This document shows, piece by piece, positions 11,062 to 23,118 of a stretch of 38,674 nucleotides of DNA. Each line of letters begins with the position of its first letter. Position 1 is the first letter of the stretch. A model generated the notes under the pieces. It saw nothing but the letters and a program-made list of their open reading frames with translations, was not told the DNA's origin and did not search any database. This stretch comes from a virus (taxonomy: Duplodnaviria; Heunggongvirae; Uroviricota; Caudoviricetes): IMG/VR virus record IMGVR_UViG_3300021400_000048, positions 184,791-223,464 of that record; one strand, given 5' to 3'. The position numbers and the translations under genes were made by a program.

Positions 11062-14000
11062 TTATTTATCTAATTCTTCATTTTTTCTATTTCTTAATTG
11101 TTCCAATCTTGCAGGAATTACAAACTTTGCATTACAGCTATCACAGCAACGTCCTTCTTCTTTTACAGGAGCAGGATTATTTCCATAGCCATAACTTTCT
11201 TCACCACAAATGCAGCAAACAAATTTATCATCTTTAGCTTCAGTTAATTTTTCACCATAAGCATTATAAGATTCAAAAGTTAGGTCAAATTCAGCTTCCT
11301 CTAAATCTCCAGCTTTATCTTTATTATCTTCAATATCTTCATTTAAGTCTTCGTCAGTAATATCAACAAATTCTTCTTCTGAAGCTTTTTCTTCAGTAGC
11401 TGGCTTTTCAATAACAGGAGCAGCTGTATCTTTACCAAATGGAATTTCTGCAGTAGCATTAATTAATTCATCAATATGTTCTTTTTCTTCATCTTTAATA
11501 TGATCTAAAGTATCAATAATTGCATCTTTATGCTCAATTGGTGCATCTAAAATTTCAGCTTTTGCTTCTTCATAGCCATCAATTGATTCAATTTCATCTG
11601 CAACTAAAGTATTTAATGTATTATGAGTATTTAATTTAACTACTTCAGGGTCAGCTGGCAAGTCATCTTCATCTTTTTTAGCTTCAGTCAATTTAGCAGC
11701 TCTAGTATCTTTTTTATAACTACACCACAAACTTTCTTCTCGAGAATATAATATAATATAACCTCCTTTTAAATCATATCGTGTACTATAACCAATCACA
11801 AAACCTTTTTTAATATAGCCACTGACTCAAATAGGACTAGTTCAATTACGATAGTCACGATGGTCTAATCATATAATATCTTTTTTACCAAGGCCACTAG
11901 CGATTAAGTTTTTAAGCAGTTCAGAAACTTTATTAGCACTAGTACAACAGTCTTTAAAAATAGCAAGTTCAGCTGGTGTTAAAATATCATGTTTTTTAGT
12001 AAGATCAGCTTCTTCAGTTAAACTTTCTACTAATTGACAATAAGCTTTTTGTCATTTTTTAGGGTCTGGCCAAGTAATTTTAATTTTGCCTTTTTCTTCA
12101 AGTGCCTTTACCTTATCTCAGAAGTAACGAACAGCATCATCTCATTGAGCTGCATAGATTAAATCATTTAAATTAACTTTTGTCTTTGAATTATTGTTAG
12201 CTAATTTACAGATAATACTATATAAATAGTCTTCTGGATTTTGTTCTTCAGTTAAAGCTTCGTCTAAGAAGTCTTCATCTGTTAGTTCAACAAAAACTTC
12301 CTCTTTAGATTCTTGTAAGCTTTCAGCAAAGTTTTTACCATTTGCATTTATTTTATCAAGTACTTTACCGTTGCAGCCTTTAGCTCATATGCTATCAGTA
12401 TCGGCAGTTCCATTAGGCGCTAAAATAAATACATGAGTTGGTATTTTACTATTTAATTTATTCCAAAGACGATTAGCAACTGATTTAGCAGTTGCAAAAC
12501 CTTTACAAGCATAATGTTTCTTTAGACCATTTGAAGCATAAAAATCTGGATGTTCTGGATCTTCAACTTCTACATAAGCTACTGTATATTTATCTTTATT
12601 ATTTTCTGCTCCAGTTAAAGTTTCATCTACAGGGAAGCCATTTCTTGTAGTAATATCTTTATCATTAATTACTGTAAAATCTTTACCACATTCTCTACAA
12701 ATATATTTAATAGAATCTTCATCTTCATCTATAAAGTCTACATTTTCACTATGACAATATGGGCAGCTACCATCAAAGTCTTCAGTTAAAGGCTTTTCAA
12801 GTGGTTTCTTTTCTAAATTACAATCAACTGGCTTTTCATCTTCGCAGTGTGCAACTACATCATATTTTTTACATTTAACTACTGCATTATCTGTACCGTA
12901 TAATTTTTGGTCAGATTCGATTGCTTCATCGCCATCATAATATTCGTCAAGTAGACCATCTGTTCAGTCAACATCTTCGACAACAGTTACTTTAGTCATT
13001 CTGTCATCATATTCATCACTCTTTAAATCGCTTTCAGTTGGTTTACCTGAGAATTTTTTACGATCTTCTTCATGTTTAATAGATAAGTCATAATCCATTA
13101 CTTTAACATGATTTTTATCATAAAGAATGCCATCATCGTAATAATAAATAATATCATCATTAGTTAATTTAGTAACGTCTTTAACATCTCCTAAATTATT
13201 TAATGTATAAACTGAGCAGTTTTCATTGCCTAAATCAATTAAAGATTTTAAGATTTCTGATTTATTGCTACAGAAAATTTGTTGTGGACGAATAAAGTAA
13301 CGTCTTACATAACGTTTAGCTTCTGTTAAAGGCTTATCTTTCAAGCTTTCACCCATAGCTCCACCTTCTCCACTAGCAGAAGCACCTGAAGCCTCTCCGC
13401 TAGTACCTTCACCAGCACCATCAGCTACAGCATTATTTGCAGCTTGAGCAGCAGCCTTAGCTTCTTCAGTACTTGGGTTATTGTTATCATTGCCAGGAAA
13501 AGCTGTTCCCATACGTTGATTAAACTTACTTAAATTATAAGCAATATTTCCTGTTGTTATAGATTTAGAATCATAAGGTTTTTTCTTTTTCTTAGCTTCA
13601 GTTAAAGATTCACTATAGTCTTCCTCGTCTGCATCTTCGTAGCTAAAGTTAAAGTCATAATCATAAACATCTTCTCAGTCTTCTCATTCATTTGCATAAT
13701 GATTTCCAACTAAACCTTTACCTCAATTACCTAAATCTTGCTTATTTGCAAATTTAGTAGCCAATTCATCAAAAGCTTTAGTATTATGACCAATATATTT
13801 AAATACTGTTGGATGAACATCTTCTATATAATTACCATCTCAGTCATCTCATGCATCACATAAAGCATTAACCGCTTCATCATAATCATATCCTACATAA
13901 TAAACTTCTTCACTTGATGCATCACCAGTATCAGTTGCAAGATATCTTTCTTTTCCGTCCCCTTCATAGTTAACTTTATAGCTAAGGTATTTAGCGTTTT

Positions 14001-14700
14001 CTATTGGGCCATCTTCTAAGTGGTAGAAATTGCCAACTGTTCAAAAGCTACTTAATTTATCATTAATATTTGCTGTATCAAATAATGACATAATTTCAGA
14101 AAAGCGTTTTTTAGCTTGTTCTGTGCCAAATTTAATCTCGTCTTCAGCATGGTCAAGAAAATATTCTAAGTATTTTACTATGTCAAGTTCATCTTTAAGT
14201 GCATCTTCATAAGGATAATATTCATTTTCATCAGATAAATCTTTAGCATCTTTTGCTGCCTCTTTTTTATAGTCTTGAATAAGTTTATCTTTATTGTTGT
14301 CTTTTAGTAAACTTTTTGCCATAGCTATACCAAGATTCTCAATATCTACCCAATAATCCACATCATCTAAGTAATCATCTACCATAAAACTAATAGGTTT
14401 ATTAGCTTCGGTTAAATCTTCATGTAATTCAATACCCTTAGTATCTTTAAGTCATTTTTCAAATTCATTCCAATACTTTTCAGAATAAATTACATCACCT
14501 GCAAAATCTGGAAAGCCATTAGGATAACAAGATTTCATAAAGCCATCTTCGCCATAGACTAAATCATCTAAATCGACACCATATAGGTCAGAAAACTTTC
14601 TATAATAATCGCCAATTTCTTGAGATTGAGATTCGTTTAAACTTTCATCAACGTTATCAATATCATCTAAGTAAAATTCTAATAAACTTTTAGTATTCAT
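11062..14700 (-). CDS. Large acidic multidomain protein, probable virion/head-associated polyprotein (1212 aa; TGA=Trp)
   Basis: Four same-frame fragments joined; 15 TGA and no TAA/TAG. Zn ribbons CPYC..CREC and CCIC..CCDSC, a ferritin-like DE..A..Y/DEEKEH helix pair, and many LTE/LNE motifs. Confidence 0.78.
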
Positions 14701-14728
14701 ATAATCTCCTTATTATTTACTATAGTAC

Positions 14729-14768
14729 GATAGTACATCGGTGAAAGGAATAAGACCAATATACTATC
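14729..14768 (-). promoter_or_regulatory. 5' leader hairpin with an anti-Shine-Dalgarno-like loop
   Basis: 14-bp stem GATAGTATATTGGT/ACCGATGTACTATC (2 G-U pairs) with loop CTTATTCCTTTC, lying between the promoter motif and the RBS. Confidence 0.55.
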
Positions 14769-14771
14769 AAA

Positions 14772-14782
14772 TAATTTAGCAA
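14772..14782 (-). promoter_or_regulatory. Putative late promoter TTGCTAAATTA (copy 3)
   Basis: Repeated intergenic 11-mer. Confidence 0.6.
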
Positions 14783-14784
14783 AT

Positions 14785-14813
14785 AAAAAAGCCTAATTAT
14801 AATAATTAGACTA
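14785..14813 (-). terminator. Intrinsic terminator
   Basis: AGTCTAATTA...TAATTAGGCT stem followed by TTTTT on the minus strand. Confidence 0.6.
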
Positions 14814-14838
14814 ATTTTTTACTATTTTATTAATTAAA

Positions 14839-15399
14839 TTATTTAATGAAAGGATAGCCTTGATCATGAAGTCTTTCTTCTGTTGGTTCTGGATCATCAA
14901 AATCACAGAAATAGTCAAATGCACCTTCAAATTCTGGCTTAGCTGTATCATTATCATTATCATTAATAATAATTGTAACATCTTCATTTAAAGCTTCTTT
15001 AACATCTTCTTCGGGAATGTCTTCTTCAGGCAATTCTGGGGCCAATGTTTCTTCTTCTACTGGAGCAGGTTTTTCAACTTTTTCTTCTGGTTTATCAAGA
15101 CCTAAAACTTTAGCATCTGGAAGTTCTTCATTTAAAGCTTCTTTTAGGCTACCATTAGTTTCTTCTGGAACTTCAACATATTTTTTATCTTGCAAAATTC
15201 CTTGTAATTGGCCAATAGCAATTAAATAAGCATCAGATAATTCTTGCAAAACTTCTGCAACTTCTTTAGTATTTGTAAAACTTTGTTTAATTGCATCAAT
15301 ACTTGCTTTTATATTACCAACTTCTTCTCAGCCTTTTGAAATAAATTGAGTGATAAAATCAATTGGTAATTTTTCTTTTGATTCCTTTAAAATTTCCAT
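14839..15399 (-). CDS. Acidic hypothetical protein (186 aa; 1 TGA=Trp)
   Basis: AGGAGA RBS and ATG 15399; frame continues through the TGA in SKGWEE; EALNE motifs. Confidence 0.75.
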
Positions 15400-15409
15400 T
15401 TTATATCTC

Positions 15410-17377
15410 CTAATCTCATTTTATAGAATATTCTTTAAGTCCTGTAGCACCATCTAAATGTTTAGGTAATGCATCGGCACGACTTCTTTTTCAAATATAT
15501 CAAACACATCCGTCTACTCTATAATATTTATTACTTGCAATAGCATCATATTCCATATCGCTATCTGTAACTATTAAAACATTTGAAGGAGCTGTTTTTA
15601 TTATATTTGCAATAATTTTAGGTCAAGCACATGTACCACCTTGATTTCTAGCACTATAATAGTCTCTAAATATATCATCTGAAAAATAATAAAGATCTAT
15701 GATAATTTCGCCTTCATCTTCAAATTCTTTTACAACTTCTAATAAATCTTTTTCTCGCTTTATATCATCTGAGTTAAAAGATGCAGAGCAGTCTAAATAT
15801 ACTTGAATTAATGGTGTTTTTTCATCATATTCTCCACGTATAACTTTACCTTGCTTAATAATATTATCATTTTGATGATGTTTATTAATTGCTCCTCAAG
15901 AATTTTTTTCTTTTTTTATCTTATCAAGCTGATCACGAATAGTATCATATAGGTCATCTTTAAATTGTTCTGTGCCTGGCATATATGCAACATTAGTTCT
16001 TCGTGCTTCACGTCTTGCTTCACGGTCTTTCTTTATTCGATCTCCGCCACCTTGAATATTTATAGCGTCTTCTCGATCAAAATCACGTCTTGATTTAGGT
16101 GATTCAAGATCTTGTTTAATTTTTTTAACACGTAAATCTCTTGGATCATCATAGCTAATTGGCTCAACAGTATCAACATCATCTAATACTTGATTAATTA
16201 TATTATCAAAACTGTCATCATCAATTTCTTCAATAGTTTTGTTAATAACTAAATCTTCATGTAGAGATTCTTGTTTAGCTGCAGCTTCTTGACGACTTTT
16301 TAATATGTCATTTAAAGCAGCTTTAGCTCCGGCAGATTCACCATTACGCAGCATTTTTAAAATTTGCATCATATTGTCAAATTCATCTTGAGGTGATTTT
16401 TGTGAATTACTTGAATTACTTTGGCTAGGATCTACATTTCCGTGTCTTGGTGATAAATCAAATGGATTTTCTATTTCCTGTGCACTTGATTGGCTATTTG
16501 AGCTGCCATTACTATTTTGATTATTATTTTGCTCATTATCAGAGTCACTATCATCTTCATCATCTTCATTAGCTTCATCATCAGAGCTATCGCCATCTGA
16601 TGAACTATCAGCATCATTGTCAGATTCTTCACCTTCATTATTAGAATTGCTTTCACCAGCAGCTTCTTTAGCACCTTCAGCAGCTTCTTCAGCCTCACCA
16701 GCAGCCTTTTCTGCAGCATCAGCTTCAGCTTGTGCTTTTTCACTATCACCAGCTTCTTCAGCATTCTTAGCAGCATCTGCATGTTTTTGTGCTGCCCTAG
16801 CAGCTTCTTCAGCAGCTTCTGCTGCTTCTTTTGCAGCTTCAGCAGCATCTGCTAAATCTTCACTATCTGCTTGTCCAGATTCTGCTGCTTCTTTTGCTTT
16901 TTCTGCAGCTTTTTCAGCAGCATCTTTTGCTTCTTCGGCTGCATCTTTTGCAGCATCTGCTGCATCTTGCGCACGATTTGCATCACTTGTATCAGTATCT
17001 TCATCTTCAGAATTTTCAGAATCACCTGTAGCTGAATTATCTTTATCTTGGCTTTTACCACTACCACCTTTACTATGATTCTTAGATGATGTTTTATCGC
17101 CTTTGCTAAGTTCATTACGATTAGCTCAACGTTCTAATTGGTCAGCTTCTTTATCTAATTTATCAGCCATTGCAGTATTACCATCTGCTCTAGCTTTTTG
17201 AGCAGCTTCTCTTGCATCTCTAGCTACACGAATAGCCTTAATTCTTCGTTCTCTAATAATTCTTGCTTTTTCTTCTTGCTCAGCTGAAGGAGTATTATTA
17301 AAAATATCCTCTATATCAGTTGTTGTAGTATTAGTTTTGTTATCAGTATCTTCTAATAATATTTTATGTACTTTCAT
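15410..17377 (-). CDS. VWA (MIDAS) domain protein with long Ala/Glu/Lys- and Asp/Ser-rich linker (655 aa; TGA=Trp)
   Basis: VYLDCSAS, GGT and LIVTDSD MIDAS motifs appear only after TGA readthrough (6 TGA). Confidence 0.82.
16500..17060 (-). repeat. Low-complexity coding repeats (AAEAAKEAA helix; D/S/N-rich linker)
   Basis: Runs of GCT/GCA/GAA codons within the VWA gene. Confidence 0.6.
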
Positions 17378-17386
17378 AAAAACTCC

Positions 17387-18484
17387 TTATCTACAGCACT
17401 TTATAAGAGCTCCAATTTGATCATCAGTATAATTAGAATCTTTTAATTTATTCATAATTTCTTGATACCAGGCATTATAATCTTCTTCATAAGTTGTATC
17501 ACCCTTAATAAGCTTAAGACACTCTAATGCTACTGACTTTTCTTCAGGTGAATAAACAGTAGTAAACACTTCTCCAGTAATAGGTGAAACAATGTCACAC
17601 TGACTAATTGGCTTACTATTATAAATTTCTTGCATCATTTTATCAATATCATTAGGTGTATAGTCAGCTTTTTTTGCTTCAAGTTCTTTTAAACTATCAA
17701 AAATTTCTTGATAGTTATCGGCCATCTTAGCATCTTCTCCATATCGTTTTTTAAGATTATTTAAAATTGTATCATAAAAATCTTGTATATTTATATATTC
17801 TGATGGTGCTGTATTATTTTTGTATGAATGTAAACTATAGGAAGCCTTTTTTAAAGTTGCACTGTCTTCATCAGAATTGATTTCACCTGTTCAATTATAT
17901 TTTTTCATCTCTGCTTCAAGTGCTTTATACATTTCTTCTAAAGACATTCTTTCCCAGTCTCTACGGTGGTCTTCTGTAACTAAACCAGAAATAACTCTAC
18001 CGTTTATTCACAGATGCTTAACAGTAGACTTATCTTCTTTTGTATATCTTTTATTTGATATTTCAAAATCTTCAATAATATTTAACATCTCGTGAATAGA
18101 CATACTTGTTTTTAAGTGCATCTCTGGTATTTCATCTTTAAGATAATTAACCATACGAATTTGATGCATCATTAAATAGTGTGCTAATTCATGTCTTAGT
18201 ATTACATTAAGTTGATAAAATGTTGTTGGATCAATTAAAAAGCCTTGATTTATATAAATATTGGCACCTTCAACATCAACTGCTGCTGTTGAAGGCTCTT
18301 GACCATATGGAACTATCTGTATTGTAAATTGCTCTAATACTTTTGCATATTTTGCATGATGATGTCCTTGACCGTCATCTTTTAAAAGATTTATTAATTT
18401 CTTTTTTAAAATTTTTTCAGTACGATTCATGTAATCACGAGTATTTTCACCCTCGGATAAAAAAGCAGGTGTTAAATTTGCCAT
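17387..18484 (-). CDS. Zincin-like putative metallopeptidase (DUF2201_N-like; 365 aa; TGA=Trp)
   Basis: TAAVD..G..IYINQGF...ILRHELAH...NIIEDFEIS (HExxH plus downstream acidic residue); 2 TGA. Confidence 0.8.
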
Positions 18485-18502
18485 AAATAAATACTCCTAA
18501 AC

Positions 18503-19903
18503 CTAAGATCAGCTATCAGTAAAGCCATTAATAATGTCTTCAATTTCTTTAGCAGATTTTACGCCAGCATTAGCAGCGGCAGCACCAGCAGCTTTGTTTC
18601 AGAAGTCTGGATCATCATCATCTTCTATATCTGAATTTGCATTTTGACTATCTGTATTTTGTTCCTGATTAGCTTGATTATCTACATTATTTTGATTATC
18701 AGCTGTAACAGCTTTAGGCTCTTCAATGCCAGCATCAGCAAATAGATCTTCACGAGTAGGTGATTCATAACCTTTAATAATTTCTAATAACATTTCTGTT
18801 GTATTATCTTGACCTGTAACAGATTGGTCTAAGAAGTTTGCACCTCTAAGCAATCAGTTCTTAAATTTTTCAACATCACCTTTTGCTGCAGCTATTCCAG
18901 TAGTTAATGCACGTTGATTTAACATTTTTTTACCACTATTAGCAAGTTCGCTTAGCTTATCTTTTCCATCATACTCAAATGTATCATCATTGCAAATCCA
19001 AGTACCTAAATCCACAATTCTTAAATATTTTTCAATTTTATCAAAATTTGGATGCTCTTTTGCTTTTTCTTCATCAATTCTCTTAAGATAATATTTATTT
19101 AAAAATTCAATAGTAGTATTTGGGTCAGAATCAATATTATCAAAATAATATAAGAAACGTGTTTTTTCAGCATCATTTAAATTTGCCGCACCTCTATCTG
19201 TACGAACAGCCGGGTTCATTATAGCAATTGTAAACAAGAAATTTGGAAAATAACGTCTACCATTTTTATCTTTACCAACAATATAATGTTCATTAATTAA
19301 TGTTAAAACAGATGCACGAATTTGGTCTTCTGTTTGTCTATTATATTCGTCTAATAAAAGAATAGAGTAGTCTTTATCTAACGAGTCTAAGTTTCTTGAG
19401 TAAGCTTGAACAATATAATCTGGATCATCTTTTGATTGAACAGGATAACCATTAATAAAAGCCTCCAAATCATTATTTTTCATATTTAAATACACAAGAT
19501 TTATTTCTTTTCCATTTACTTTTGTACGCTTTGCCCAGTCATAAACAGAAGCTGTTTTACCAGAACCAGGAAGTCCACAAATCATAATATTTGCAACTTC
19601 AGTAGATCCTTCTTCTTTTCAATCAAGAGCTGTTTCCAAGCATTCATCTAAGGCATCAGTAATAAAGTTTTTAACGCCTATGCCAGTATCTTTATCAAGA
19701 TCTACTACTGCTTTTTCAGCATTAATTTTATCACCTGCTGCTGCAACATCACCTGCAAGTTCTGCAGGATTAGTTTTAAGATTACTTGCATCAACTTCTT
19801 TTTCAACCTTGTCTAATACCTCTTTACCAGAGTCGTCATTGTCAATAACAACAGCACCATCTGCTTCTTTTAAAAGTGATTCATTAAGTTTTTTAATTTT
19901 CAT
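18503..19903 (-). CDS. MoxR-like AAA+ ATPase (466 aa; TGA=Trp)
   Basis: Walker A GLPGSGKT, Walker B LLLDEYNR, sensor AIMNP, and LNDAEKTRF arginine finger; three fragments joined by 4 TGA. Confidence 0.85.
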
Positions 19904-19921
19904 GTTATATTCTCCCCTAAA

Positions 19922-21082
19922 TTAAGAAATGCTTTTTTGCATTCATTCACTATAAATATCTATGTCTTTAATATTAACACCTTCAGTAAGTTTTTCTTCC
20001 AGCTCTTCATTTAATACAGAAGCTTTAATAAAAGCTTCTCCAACATCAGTTGATACTTTAAAATATCCTTTTCCATCAGCTTTTTGTGTTACTTTACTTA
20101 TATTAGTATATTTAACACCAAATCTTTTCTCACAAAAATCTAATGCTTTATCAGCTGCTGCAACGCTTTCAAAGAATAATGTACAATCTGTATAACCATT
20201 ACCAGAACCAAATTTAACTTTTTCTGCAGCTTCTTGTGAAACTGTTTTTACACCGCCTATACTAGTAGCTATAAGTGGAGTAATAAAAGCTCTTGGTGTA
20301 TTTTTACCAATTTTATCTGCAATTATACAATAAACTGGTCCACTTAAATAAACTTTTTCACCAGCATTGCCAATTAAATTTGGAATATCTTGTGAGTGTC
20401 CACCAGAAGATTTATAGCCATTCGCAGGTGCTTTTTTAGCAGCAGGTGCTTGGCTATTTGTGGCAGTTCCTTGATTAGATGCAGCTGGTGCTGCTTGTGC
20501 AGCTGTTGCTGTAGGTGCAGCTTGAGCTGTTTGATTTGCTGTTTGATTTGTTGTTTGATTTGCTGTTCCTGTATTAGTTGCTGCTTGTTGAGTTGAAGTA
20601 GCAGGTTGTGGTTTATTATTTAAGAAACAACCAGCTTTAAATAGAGCATGGCCTAAATAAGTAGATTTATACTCGTCTAGTTGTTCTATCGATATATCAG
20701 TATCATCCCAAATGATATTATTTTTAGCACAAAACTCAGCGATACAATATGCTATACCTTCAGCTGAAAGATCAAATCATTCATTAGTTTTTGAATTAAA
20801 GTAGGAAAATCCTGAAAGAGCACCAATTATATAGTTTAAATCTTTACTAATAAAGCCTCATTTATGATAGACTATTTCCTCACAAATCTTTTTGCAAAGT
20901 GCAGGAAACGCACCACCTCTGTTAAAAGCTAGTGTATTAGTACCAAATAGTCCATCATACTGCTTATTTTTATCTTTTACAAGTCCGCCATAAGAAAATA
21001 GCGTCATTAAGAATGCTCCTTTATAACTTGCATACTCTGGTGACTTGCTTGATAATTCCGAAAGAGATATAAGTTTATTCAT
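19922..21082 (-). CDS. Hypothetical protein with central Ala/Thr/Gln linker (386 aa; TGA=Trp)
   Basis: GAGGAG RBS; open to TAA 19922 with 3 TGA. Confidence 0.75.
20526..20567. repeat. 12-bp coding tandem repeat (~3.5 copies; TANQ/TTNQ)
   Basis: GCTGTTTGATTT GCTGTTTGATTT GTTGTTTGATTT GCTGTT. Confidence 0.7.
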
Positions 21083-21118
21083 ATTAAATAACTCCTCAAG
21101 TTATAATTTTAAATCAAT

Positions 21119-21129
21119 TAATTTAGCAA
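21119..21129 (-). promoter_or_regulatory. Putative late promoter TTGCTAAATTA (copy 4)
   Basis: Repeated intergenic 11-mer upstream of ATG 21082. Confidence 0.6.
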
Positions 21130-21135
21130 ATAAAA

Positions 21136-22950
21136 CTAATTGATATTCTCAATATGTTGACAGTTTGGATAATTTGAACAGCCCTTAAATAATTTACCAA
21201 ATCTACTTCTTCTAATGACTAGCTTGCCACCACATTCAGGACAAATATCTGTTGATTCTGGCATATCTAAGTTCTCAGAATTTGTTTTTATAGAAGCTTC
21301 TAAATTTTGGAAAAATTCATTAAGATATGTTATTCTATCTAATTTACCAGCAGCAATTTTATCTAAGCTTTCTTCCATTTCTTTTGTATAATTTAAATTA
21401 ATTAAATTTGGAAAAGCTCTATCTAAAAATTCAGAAAGTTGTATACCTTTATCAGTTGGTTTAATTTTTTTGTCCTCAACTGTTGCATAACCTCTTAGTG
21501 GACTTACAACTGTATCTACAATTGTTGCATAAGTTGAAGGTCTACCAACACCAAGATTTTTTAATTGTTGAACAAGTGATGCTTCTGTAAATCTTGCAGG
21601 TGGTTGTGTAGATTTTGTTTCCATTTTTAATTCACAATCCTGCAAAATTTCATCTTGATTAAAAGTTTCTTTAATAATATTTTCATCATCTTTTTCATAA
21701 TTATATACTTGTCTATAACCTGGGTCTATTAATTCGTTAGAAACCATTGTGAAATTATGACCATTATTAGTAATAATATATTTAGTTTCAGAAAATTTTG
21801 CATCAGGGAGAACACATGCAATAGTTCTTTGCCAAATAAGTTTATATACTTTTTGTTGTATATTATTAGAATTTTGTTCATTAAATAATTCTGGTGTTAA
21901 TGCTGGATCTGTTATTCTAATTGCTTCATGTCCATTTTGAGCTAAAGCATCAGATTTGCCAACTCTTGGTGCTACAACTGTTTTATAATTAGTTTTAACA
22001 TAATTTGTTAAATCTGTAATAAAGTCTGGTGCAAGTGTTGTATCATCAGTTCTATGATAAGAAATTTTACCATCTTCAAATAACTTTTGAGCAACTGACA
22101 TTGATTCTTTAACGCCAATGCCTAATTTACTTGCTACTTCTTGCTGAAAAGTTGCAGTGCAGAAAGGTGGCTTTGGTGATTCCTTTTTCTCACGTTTTTT
22201 AATATCAGAAATAACAAAGTCATTTCCTTTGCAATCTTCAATAACTTTATCAATTTTATATTTTTCAGTAATTCTGTCACTATCATATTTTGCTTTAAAC
22301 TCTACATTGTTTTTCTTAAAGTTTAAAAATAGCTCAAAATAAATTTCTGGAATAAAATTTTGAATTTCTTTTTCTCTATCAACAATAACTTTTAAACCAA
22401 TTGATTGACATCTACCAACTGATCTGGCACCTAAATAATTTCTCGCTATCGGTGATAAAGAGTAGCCTATTAATTTATCTATAGAAAGTCTTGTTAATGC
22501 GGCCTGGACTAAATTTTGGTCTAATTCTAAGGCATTATCAATAGCTTGTACAACTGCTTTAGGTGTAATCTCATGAGTATAAGCTCTATAATAAGCTTCT
22601 GGCTTTAATTTTAAAAATTTAACCAATGATCAACCAATTAATTCACCTTCACGGTCAGCATCAGAAAAGATTACAACTTTAGACGCACGCTCAGCCTGTT
22701 CTTTTAAATTTTGAACAATTTGATAATGTTCTTCATCTATTTGTAAATTTAATTCAAAATCTTTATCTGGGAAAACACCAGAATTTTTATAGCTTGTACG
22801 TTTATCAGCAAGAGTCATTATATGACCTTTGCTTGCCATAACCATTACTTTATAGCCAGCATCATCTAAAATTTTAGTAATCTTTTTTGCTTTTGTAGGG
22901 CTTTCGCAAATAACAAGCATTCTATCTGTTTTAGTTATTTTCTTTGCCAT
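21136..22950 (-). CDS. topA: DNA topoisomerase IA (604 aa; 1 TGA=Trp)
   Basis: Toprim CESPTKA, SKGH and DADREGELIG-[TGA] at the conserved Trp; SVGRCQS; catalytic ISYHRTD; GVGRPSTYA; C-terminal Zn ribbon. Confidence 0.93.
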
Positions 22951-23107
22951 CTTCTTTCTCCTGTTCAGGAATTTCCAAATTTAATTTTTCTATTAATAAT
23001 TGTCTAATACAGGCAGAAAGCGACAAATCTCTGTTAAATGCTTCTAACTTTAAAGCTGTTCTTAAATAGTCAGGAATTTCTAAACTAATAATTTTTGTTT
23101 TTGACAT
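22931..23107 (-). CDS. Ribbon-helix-helix (CopG/Arc-like) DNA-binding protein (58 aa)
   Basis: MSKTKIISLEIPDYLRTALKLEAFNRDLSLSACIRQLL fits the RHH pattern; AAGGAG RBS; below the ORF-track size cutoff. Confidence 0.7.
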   Translation of the reverse strand: MSKTKIISLEIPDYLRTALKLEAFNRDLSLSACIRQLLIEKLNLEIPEQEKEDGKENN

Positions 23108-23118
23108 ATTTGTCTCCT

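Noticed and set aside
16471-17115. Alternative-frame minus ORFs 16471..16848 and 16852..17115 (also 7308..7496, 8330..8521)
   Set aside because: Off-frame readings of regions already covered by the continuous recoded genes.
16500-20567. Repetitive tracts as CRISPR array or mobile-element repeats
   Set aside because: In-frame low-complexity coding repeats with no constant repeat/unique spacer structure; no cas or transposase genes in the window.
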